Origin: Ascoidea asiatica JCM 7603
Taxonomy: Eukaryota; Fungi; Ascomycota
Assembly (NCBI GenBank): GCA_001600695.1
Contig: BCKQ01000004.1
Location: forward strand, 1,022,204 to 1,044,433
DNA length: 22,230 bases
Direction of reading: 5' to 3'
Under the pieces are notes generated by a model that did no database searches, was not told the origin of the DNA, and worked only from the letters and a program-made list of their open reading frames with translations. Position numbers and translations under genes: made by a program. Below are positions 11,046 to 19,760 of the stretch, one piece after another (the stretch's first letter is position 1; each line of letters begins with the position of its first letter).

Positions 11046-11584
11046 ATGAAGCTAACTGTCAAAGTATGTTTTCATCTCCTTCAACAAGATTACTCAATCT
11101 ATTAATCGTTAATCAGGTAGAAAAAATTAGTTATACTGACATTCATTTACAATTTGTAGACTTTAACAGGTAAAGAAGTATGTATATAATTATTTATTTT
11201 TATTTTTATTTTTATTTTTATTTTTATTTAAAAAAATTCTAAAGTTTACTAACTTTAATTTTATTAAAAAATAAAGATTCCTCTTGAAATTGATTCAAGT
11301 GAAAGAATAATAAGAATAAAAGAATTTATGGAAGAAAAAGAAGGTATTCCTCCTTTACAACAACGTTTAATTTATCAAGGTAGACAAATGTATGTATTAT
11401 ATTATAATTTAAAAAAAACATAATTTCACTAAATTTCAATCAATTTCTAACAATTAAATTCAATTAAATTCAATTATCGTATAATTATAGTGATGATGAG
11501 AAAACAATAGCTGAATCTGATATTGCTCAAGAAGCTCAACTTCATTTGGTTTTAACTCTTAGAGGTGGTGCTAGTACTATTTAA
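11046..11584 (+). CDS. RUB1: Ubiquitin-like protein Rub1/NEDD8 precursor, 80 aa; exons 11046-11063, 11160-11177, 11277-11389, 11491-11584
   Basis: Three GTATGT introns with branch points TACTGAC, TACTAAC and TTCTAAC. Spliced product is MKLTVK|TLTGKE|IPLEIDSSERIIRIKEFMEEKEGIPPLQQRLIYQGRQI|DDEKTIAESDIAQEAQLHLVLTLRGG-ASTI*. The di-Gly falls at 75-76. EEKEGIPP and Thr72 (not Arg72) indicate Rub1 rather than ubiquitin. Confidence 0.95.
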
Positions 11585-11755
11585 TCAATCAATAATCTAT
11601 CACTTTATTAATCTATTACTTTATTAAATAGATTATGATCTATCAACTTCTATAATTTCACATCTCTTTAACCTTTATTTTACATTACTTTAAATCTTGC
11701 ACTAAATAATACTCAACTCTGTCCTAATTAAACATAAATTTTATTTTGGGGTTAT

Positions 11756-11764
11756 TCACGTGAC
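11756..11764. promoter_or_regulatory. Cbf1-type E-box TCACGTGAC about 130 bp upstream of CLF1
   Basis: Exact RTCACGTG consensus on the minus strand, in a short intergenic region. Confidence 0.45.
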
Positions 11765-11891
11765 TTCTATTGGCGTTTAATAAAATATTTACAATTTAAT
11801 TATAATTGTAATATAATAACAATAAACCTTTATTTATTAATCACTTATCAATCAATACATCAATAGATTATACAAAAGTAATTAATAAAAG

Positions 11892-14072
11892 ATGGAAAAT
11901 GAAATTTCAAGACCTAAAATTCAAAATAAAGCTCCAGCTCCTTTACAAATATCTGCTGAACAAATTGTTTTAGAATCTTATTTATCTCAAAATAATGATA
12001 ATGATGAAAATGATTTTGAATATCAATTTAAGAAAAAAAATTCAAATATAAAATTATTAGATAAAGAAGAATTATTAGATTATCAAAATAGAAAAAGAAA
12101 AGAATTTGAAGATGCTTTAAGAAAAAATTTACAAGATATTCAACAATGGTTAAGATATGCAAAATTTGAAATAAATTTAAATCAATTTGAAAGAGCAAGA
12201 TCAATATTTGAAAGATCTTTAAATTTTAATAATAATAATATTTCAAATCAAATTAAAATTTTTTTAAATTATATAAATTTTGAATTAAATTTTAAAAATT
12301 TTAATCATGCAAGAAATTTATTAGATAGATCAATTTATAAATTACCAATGGAAAATAAAATTTGGTTAAATTATATAAAAATTGAAGAAAATTTAAAAAA
12401 TTTTAATAATGTTATAAAAATTTTTGAAAATTGGTTAAATAATAAAAAATTTAATTTAAATCCTGGTATAATTCCTTGGAATTCTTATATAAATTTTTTA
12501 AAAAAATATAATTATAAAAATAAATTTTATAAAAAAATTAATAATGTATTTCAAAGATATTTATTAAAATTTCCAATTTTAAATACTTGGTTAAATTATT
12601 TAAATTTTATGAAAAAAAATGGTGATATAATTTCAATAAGAAAAATTTTTGAATTATGTATTGATTCTACTTTAAAATTAAATAATAATGATTATAATTC
12701 AATTAATGAAAAAATTTTAATAGATTTTGCAAATTGGGAAGCTGAAAATAATAATGAAATTGAAAGATCAAGAAGTATTTATAAATTTGGTTTATTATAT
12801 CTTAATGAAAATAATAATAAAAATTTATTTAAAAATTATACTTTATTTGAAAAAAAATTTGGTAATAAATTAGAAATTGAACAATCAATATTATTAAAAA
12901 GAAAAAAAAAATATGAAAATGATTTAAAAAAAAATGTAAATGATTATGATTCATGGTGGTTATATATATCTTTAATTGAATCTTTATATTCAAATTTATC
13001 AATTAATGAAAATAATGAAAAAATTATAAATATTTTTGAAGATTCAATTAAAATTCAACCAAATATTTTAGAAAAAAATTATTGGAGAAGATATATTTAT
13101 TTATGGATAAGATATATATTTTGGGTTGAATTAAATTTAAAAAATTTTGAAAAAGTAAGAGATTTATTTGAAAGAATTTTAAAAATTATACCACATAAAA
13201 TTTTCACATTTTCAAAAATTTGGATTTTATATTCAAAATTTGAAATACGACAAAATAATTTAAATAAAGCAAGAAAAATTTTAGGTATGTCAATTGGATT
13301 ATGTCCAAAACCAAAATTATTTAAAGAATATATTAATATTGAATTAAAATTAAAAGAATTTAATAGAGTTAGAAAATTATATGAAAGATATATTGAGAAA
13401 TTTCCAGAAATTATAGAAAATTGGTTAAATTTTGCAAAATTTGAAGAAAATTTAAATGAAATTGAAAGATCAAGAGGAATTTATGAAATTATAATAAATT
13501 TAAATGAATTTTCTTTTTCTAATAAAAATTTAAAAAAAATTTGGAAAAAATATATTGAATTTGAATATGATCAACAAGAATATAATAATTGTAGAAAAAT
13601 TTTTTATGAATATTTAGAAAAAAGAAATTATGAAGTTCAAATATGGATAGATTTTGCATTGTTTGAATTAACAATTCCAACTGAAGAACAATTATTACAA
13701 CTTGAAAATATTAATAATGATGAAGAAGAATTAGAATTTGATGTGACTCCAGAACAAGAAGAAAAATCAAGAGAAATTTTTGAAAAAGCTTTAAAATATT
13801 TCAAAGATAATAATTTAAAAGAACAAAGAGTTATAATTTATAAAGCATATAAAGAATTTGAAATCCAAAATGGTAATGAATTAGAAATTGAAAAATTAAA
13901 TAAAAGAATGCCAACAGTTATTAAAAAAACCAAAAAATCAGAAGATGGTCTTCAAGAAGAATATATTGATTATTTATTTCCAGAAGATGTTAAAAAGAAT
14001 AAAACTCTTAGTGGATTACTTGCCAAAGCAAATAAATGGAAACTTAATCAATTGCAATCTTCTACAACATAA
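11892..14072 (+). CDS. CLF1: Pre-mRNA splicing factor Clf1/crooked neck (HAT repeats), 726 aa
   Basis: KIQNKAPAPLQISAEQI, RKRKEFEDALR, ERARSIFERSL, YWRRYIYLWIRY, IPHKIFTFSKIW, ARKILGMSIGLCPKPKLFKEYI and EEYIDYLFPED, plus repeated HAT units. Confidence 0.96.
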   Translation: MENEISRPKIQNKAPAPLQISAEQIVLESYLSQNNDNDENDFEYQFKKKNSNIKLLDKEELLDYQNRKRKEFEDALRKNLQDIQQWLRYAKFEINLNQFERARSIFERSLNFNNNNISNQIKIFLNYINFELNFKNFNHARNLLDRSIYKLPMENKIWLNYIKIEENLKNFNNVIKIFENWLNNKKFNLNPGIIPWNSYINFLKKYNYKNKFYKKINNVFQRYLLKFPILNTWLNYLNFMKKNGDIISIRKIFELCIDSTLKLNNNDYNSINEKILIDFANWEAENNNEIERSRSIYKFGLLYLNENNNKNLFKNYTLFEKKFGNKLEIEQSILLKRKKKYENDLKKNVNDYDSWWLYISLIESLYSNLSINENNEKIINIFEDSIKIQPNILEKNYWRRYIYLWIRYIFWVELNLKNFEKVRDLFERILKIIPHKIFTFSKIWILYSKFEIRQNNLNKARKILGMSIGLCPKPKLFKEYINIELKLKEFNRVRKLYERYIEKFPEIIENWLNFAKFEENLNEIERSRGIYEIIINLNEFSFSNKNLKKIWKKYIEFEYDQQEYNNCRKIFYEYLEKRNYEVQIWIDFALFELTIPTEEQLLQLENINNDEEELEFDVTPEQEEKSREIFEKALKYFKDNNLKEQRVIIYKAYKEFEIQNGNELEIEKLNKRMPTVIKKTKKSEDGLQEEYIDYLFPEDVKKNKTLSGLLAKANKWKLNQLQSSTT

Positions 14073-15331
14073 TTTAATAATGAAATTTAATAAATTAAAT
14101 AAATGTAAAATAAATGTAAATTTAATTTAAAATGTAACTATAAATTATTGTGAAGAAGCACCGCAAAACTGGCTTTGATTTTTAGATTTGGGTTTACTAA
14201 ATAGGAAATTCGTAATCGACTTATCCTGAATCTTGATTTCCGAGGTTTTCTGTCCTAAATCGCGTAATAGCCACTCGCGCAAAAGTTCTCATTTTTTTCA
14301 ACAATACGATATTGCGTAAAAAAAAGTGGCTAGTGAGCTATTAAAAATAGCGTCATGTCACGCAATGTCTACAAACGTGCTACTGCGCGCAGAGGTTTTT
14401 TGTTTTTGCTGGGTGTTGGTTCCGAATGAGGCAGCACTCCGTTTTGGGTAATATTTCTACTCTGAAATGATCAATTTGATAGTGAACTGGCTTTGAAAGA
14501 GTTTACGATTCAAAAAAATTTATATTTTTTAATTTGAGAGTTGTCTAATTTTGGTGGATTTGGATTTGGATTTGGATTTGGTTTATTTAAAAAATAGCCT
14601 TGTAATAACCTTGTAAGATGAATGTTGAATAATAAATGAACATCCCTTTTGAATTATTTCGAGAATTTGATATTTGAAATTTGAAATTTGATATTTGATA
14701 TTTGATATTTGTTAATGCAATCCTGTTAATATTCAATTCAAGGGTGAATTATATAAATAAGCAAGAATAACTGATTAAATGCTAATAGTTACAGGTACAA
14801 CGTTCGTTCCTTGTCCATTCATATCCTGCAATTCTCCATTATTTAAAAGTAAATTACATTTCAGGAATATGAAGATTTACCTAATTTGAATGAATATCGT
14901 AGTAGTTTTTGAATTTGAAAAGATTAAAAACTTATTATTAACTTACTTTAATACGAAGCTAAATTGAATTATCTATTTCTAGTCCAAAAGTTTCTAAAAA
15001 GTCTTTTTTTTGCTTTCTTTTGGTGGTAATAAAGAGTAATAAATAGATACGTATTGGTGGTTTGGATTCCATAGTGTGGAATATTGCTTGAAGTATACAA
15101 ACTGACAGTAGTTAAGGAAGTTAACTTAATACTACTAAAAGTAGTGCTAAAGTACTTTAGTATTCAGGTGTATTTATTCTACAGTATATAAACATAGTAA
15201 AATCCCCCATATTATTAGAAATTTCATCTCCCTTTACTACATCTCATTTCTTTACGATATGGTCCTACTTTAATTTAATTTAATTTAATCACAAATATAT
15301 TTATCATTATAACTATTAATATAATTACAAG

Positions 15332-15400
15332 TATATATATATATATATATATTGTATATCTAAGAATTATAAAAATTATAAGAATTATAAGAATTATAAG
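15332..15400. repeat. (TA)n tract and (AAGAATTAT)n repeat upstream of KRE9
   Basis: Directly visible. Confidence 0.85.
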
Positions 15401-15417
15401 AAACATAGGATATAAAA

Positions 15418-16278
15418 ATGAATTTTAAATTAATATTTATAATAAATTTAATTATAATATATATAATAAATTATTCAATTGCAGATGTTTCAGTTTCGAA
15501 ACCTTTAGCAGATTCAACATTCACAGTTTCAAATTCTAAAGTTTCTGTTGAAATTAGATGGGTTGATTCAGGTGGTTCACCAAAAATTTCATCAGCTACA
15601 AGTTATACATTTACATTATGTACAGGACCAAATTCAAATATTATTGCATTAGATGTTATTGGTTCAAATATTGCTTCAAGTAAATTTAAAGATGATTATT
15701 CATATACAGCTTCAATTGATTCAAGTATTGGTAAAACTGGAATTTATTATATTCAAATATATACATTATATTCAAATGGTTTTACAATACATTATTCAAA
15801 AAGGTTTAAATTATCTGGGATGACTGGAACTCAAACAACATCTGGATTAATATCAGATAATCCACCAGATGCACAATATTCATTAAAAACTACAGGTACA
15901 GATACAACAGATGGTACATCAATTGCTACAATAAATTCAGCATCATTTTCAATACCATATACTTTACAAACTGGTAAAACAAGATTTGCACCAATGCAAA
16001 CACAACCTGGTACTACAATCACTGCAACTACATGGTCAATGAGATTTCCAACATCATCAGTTAGTTATTATAAAACAATTCAAGGATCACCAATTGTATT
16101 TTCAACAATTACACCAGCTTGGTCATATGTACGAACATCATATATTAATCAAGCATCAGCAGCACCATATCCAAGTAATAATGGTGGTTGGTATAGTGCA
16201 AATCATAATATTATTAAACCAACAAAAATTAATATAAATACTTTACATAGAAGATGGATTGATGATGATAAAGAATAA
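15418..16278 (+). CDS. KRE9: Secreted beta-1,6-glucan synthesis protein Kre9/Knh1, 286 aa
   Basis: Signal peptide ending IADVSVSKP; YTFTLCTGPN; TIHYSKRFKLSGMTG; Ser/Thr-rich linker; SFSIPYTLQTGKTRFAPMQTQPG; STITPAWSY; C-terminal RRW. Confidence 0.93.
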   Translation: MNFKLIFIINLIIIYIINYSIADVSVSKPLADSTFTVSNSKVSVEIRWVDSGGSPKISSATSYTFTLCTGPNSNIIALDVIGSNIASSKFKDDYSYTASIDSSIGKTGIYYIQIYTLYSNGFTIHYSKRFKLSGMTGTQTTSGLISDNPPDAQYSLKTTGTDTTDGTSIATINSASFSIPYTLQTGKTRFAPMQTQPGTTITATTWSMRFPTSSVSYYKTIQGSPIVFSTITPAWSYVRTSYINQASAAPYPSNNGGWYSANHNIIKPTKININTLHRRWIDDDKE

Positions 16279-17173
16279 TTACATATTTATTTATTTATCT
16301 ATTTATTTATCTATTTATTCATCTATTTATTCATCTATTTATTTACACATGGACTATGACTTTGACTATATGGCTTGTTTACTTTATTAATTTTGATATG
16401 TATTTTGATTTGTATTGTTTTGTTCTTTTTTTCGTTTCTTCCTTTTTTCGTTTCTTCCTTTCTTCATATTTCATTATATCTTTTATTTATTATAACTATT
16501 TTGTTTCATTTTTTAGTTTTTTTAGCTTTTTTTTTTTTCTTTTTATCAGCACTTTTATTATTAAAATACTTACTTACTTATTATTATATAACTAGGTTTT
16601 TTTATCTGTAATTTAATCTGTAATTTTATTAAAAAAATAAAAAGGTACCTTTAATTATTATGTTACTATAGTTACTGTAAACATTGTAAATACAATGTAA
16701 GATTAGTTAATGTGATTTTTAGATTATGTAAATCATAAAAACAAAGCCTCGATGTGAAAAGTAGAAAAAAAAAAAAAAGGGTCTCTCATACATTTAAAAT
16801 ATCTTTTAGTAAATTAGTTTCGTTTAGTTTTAGTTTCTTTGTTTTTTTACGTGTTTTAGAATTCGATCTCTTCAAAAATCAATTTCAGAAACTTTGAAGT
16901 AATAACTTCTTTTAAATATAAAAAATCAAAAATCATGTTATAATCTATTTTTAAAACCAATTACATTTCAATTCCTGTAAAATAAATAGATGAGAGTGAA
17001 TAAATAAATAAATAAATCAAATCACCAAAGCCATTTGCCATACACAAGGAAAGAAACCTTTTTTTTGATTTGCTCACATTCTTTTCATTGGCGCTTCTGC
17101 AAAAAGAAAGTTTTGAGAATGAGAGAAAATATTACGTAATCGGAGAAAAGAGAAAGAAGCAGAAGAAAGAGAG

Positions 17174-17222
17174 CACGTGGCTACCGCTGAATGAGTCACG
17201 AGTCAGCAGTATGGCTGAGTCA
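17174..17222. promoter_or_regulatory. Cluster of Gcn4/AP-1-like sites and an E-box
   Basis: CACGTG 17174-17179, TGAGTCA 17192-17198, GAGTCA 17200-17205 and TGAGTCA 17216-17222, all within 50 bp. Confidence 0.55.
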
Positions 17223-17454
17223 CAGCTGACATAATCCGGGTCCGAGTGAAGCCAATTCTGCAACGTTACGGTGGAAAATCAGGGAAATCAGGGAAATCAG
17301 ATAAATTAGACGCTGTCTGAAGTGAAAAGTATCAGCCGAGAATCAAAACACAAGAATCCACAAAAGCGTTCACGAGGTTTTCCTCTTTAACTGGTATGAG
17401 ATTATTGTGAGAGCTCAAATTTATAGTTGAAAATCCCCTTTTGAAATGCTTTAT

Positions 17455-17511
17455 ATTTAGTGCACATTGCCCTGGTTTCCTATTTTCAGGCACGATTTAG
17501 TGCACATTGCC
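17455..17511. repeat. 17-bp perfect direct repeat ATTTAGTGCACATTGCC (two copies, 40-bp period)
   Basis: Copies at 17455-17471 and 17495-17511. Confidence 0.9.
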
Positions 17512-17746
17512 GTGGAAACAACGGAGTCTCATTACAGCCATTGTTCAGATTTGTAGGCGAATTGGGTGACAGTGTCAATTAGGCTGAAAATAGTATTGGA
17601 ATGATTCAAAAATATTCATTTCTTCTCCAAAAATGATATAATTTACATCATTTAAATCGCTTTTTAAACCATAATAAGAATCAAATCAGACTTGAATGAA
17701 ACCATTCTTCAAGCTCGTCTTTTTTACATATCTTTCATCGCAATTC

Positions 17747-17877
17747 GATACAGTGGCCGAGTGGTTAAGGCGCCGCCCACAGATTAAAATTGTTGTCAGA
17801 TTTAAAAAACTGACTCGACAATAAATCTTGAAAGGCGTTAGGTTTATCCTTCGCAGGTTCGAATCCTGTCTGTGTCG
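17747..17877 (+). tRNA. Intron-containing tRNA with CAG anticodon and serine identity, tRNA-Ser(CAG); exons 17747-17783 and 17833-17877 (82 nt mature), 49-nt intron 17784-17832
   Basis: Acceptor stem GATACAG/CTGTGTC with discriminator G73. D-arm/A-box TGGCCGAGTGGTTAAGGC. Anticodon stem CGCC/GGCG with loop C-A-CAG-A-[intron]-A. Long variable arm AGG-TTTAT-CCT. T-arm/B-box GCAGG-TTCGAAT-CCTGT. The intron sits at the canonical 37/38 position, and C32 can pair with the antepenultimate intron base G17830. Confidence 0.88.
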
Positions 17878-17880
17878 TTG

Positions 17881-17887
17881 TTTTTTT
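17881..17887 (+). terminator. RNA polymerase III terminator (T7)
   Basis: Run of seven T beginning 4 nt after the tRNA discriminator base. Confidence 0.85.
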
Positions 17888-18241
17888 GTGTATTGTTCTA
17901 TGATATATAATTATATCACATAATCATACAATATAATTTTATCATTTATTTTCCTTCATCTTTCAATCAAGTTCTCTTTTGCACTTTTCAGACCTGCTTT
18001 GTTTTTTCCACTCTTCTGCTGCATTTCTAAGGCCATTTCGATCTTTGCTTTAAGCTCTGCTCCGGCGTGCTCGTGCTCGCTCCCGCTTTCGCCGTCAAAC
18101 CAGGTTTGGAAGCACCACAAAACTGGTCTCAGATCTTATTGTTGTTGCACTTGTTGTCCTAAATACATTTATTCTGAGTCCTGGAATTATAATCTCCTTC
18201 AGTGGCAAAATATTGGATTATTTCATTCATTTTATAAATCT

Positions 18242-18298
18242 AATGAATATGAATATGAATATGAATATGAATATAAATATAAATATGAATATGAATAT
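18242..18298. repeat. (GAATAT)n hexamer repeat
   Basis: Directly visible; reverse complement of the repeat unit upstream of RUB1. Confidence 0.9.
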
Positions 18299-18814
18299 CA
18301 AAAGATGTAAATGTCTTAAAAATGATACTTCAAAATAAAAGTTATTAACTGTTTTCATTCAATTCAATTCAAAATATGATAATTTCACAAAATTTAGGAA
18401 ATTGAGAAGATTTTTATTTTAAAGTTTCAATATTAAACTATTTAATAAATCTAAAGAAATTTTGTACTATTAATTTTCTTCACATTTCTGATTTGAGGCA
18501 ACTTATAAATCATAACAAACTTTTAATACTTTGATATTCTAATATTCTAATATTTTATTATTAAAAGATTTAAAGATCATATATTAAATAATATATTAAA
18601 TATTATATTAAAGAAAATATTATGAAAAAAATGGCTTTAATGGTGATAAAAGTAGTAATTGAGTTTGTAAATGTGTGAGAAATTGAAACTTACAAATAAA
18701 CTAAGAAGAAGAATTTATCAATCCATTCAAGAAATTACACTGCATCAATTGGTAAATCTAAAATAAAAAAAAAAGAAAAGCAAACAATTATCAATTTATA
18801 TTTTACAGTATATA

Positions 18815-18820
<6 letters not shown>

Positions 18821-18845
<25 letters not shown>
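18821..18845. repeat. (AT)n microsatellite upstream of the G-beta-like gene
   Basis: Directly visible. Confidence 0.9.
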
Positions 18846-18938
18846 AATTAATCCATTAATTATATACAAATATTTAAATTTTTTTTATGATTAATCATAT
18901 TTTTTTAATAAAATACAAAAATATATTTTTTTCAAATA

Positions 18939-19726
18939 ATGAGTACATTAACTTCAATAAATAATAGAAATAAACTTTCAAAAGATATTGAAGAATTAAA
19001 TTATAAAATAAAATTAATTGATAATGAAGAATTACTTTTAAAAAATCAATTAATTAAAAAAAATCAAAGATTAAAAGATTCAAATTTAACTAAAATTTTT
19101 AATGATCTTGATAATAATAACATTAATAATAATAACTCAATTAATAATATAAATGAAATAAAATTAAAAAAATTATATGAATTAAAAGGTCATTATAAAA
19201 ATAATAATAGAATTCAAAATATTAAATGGTCTTTTGATAGTAAATTTTTAATTTCTTCTGATAATGAACATAGATTATTATTATGGGATGCAATGAATGG
19301 TTTTAAAATTGGAATGTTAAAATTAAATCAAACTGAATATCCAACTTGTTTATCAATATCTAATGATAATAGATTTATTTCTTTAGGTAATTTAGATAAT
19401 AGATGTATAATTTATAAATTACCTGATTATCAATCAATTTTATCTTATGTATTTAATAATCATTCAAATAATAATATTTCAAATAATTATAATAATAAAA
19501 ATAATAATATTGAATTAAAAAATATTTATAATGATAAACCAAGTATTAAAAATATTTTACAAATTTCTGATAATAAAGGTTATATGACTGAATGTTCATT
19601 TATAAAAAATGATGAAAATAAATTAATAACTGCTTCAACAAAATTAATTAATTTATGGGATTTAAATAAAAATCTAATTATTCAAAAATTTGAACAAGGA
19701 ATTGATGAAATTTTATCAATGGATTT

Positions 19727-19760
<34 letters not shown>

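Noticed and set aside
13945-16022. ORFs 13945-14130 (+) and 15831-16022 (-)
   Set aside because: The first is an alternate frame of the CLF1 3' end and the second is antisense to KRE9.
16356-16611. Phe-rich ORFs downstream of KRE9
   Set aside because: T-rich 3' UTR/terminator low-complexity sequence.
17747-17877. Calling the tRNA an ordinary tRNA-Leu(CAG), or tRNA-Ser(AGA) via a shifted register
   Set aside because: G73, A37, the acceptor stem and the variable-arm geometry are Ser-like, not Leu-like. The AGA register needs an extra base after G26, a C-A pair at 31-39 and U37, whereas the CAG register gives a purine 37 and the canonical C32-intron G pair.
17999-18310. 103-aa ORF ending in EYEYEY
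   Set aside because: It has a TTG start and its tail is the GAATAT microsatellite.
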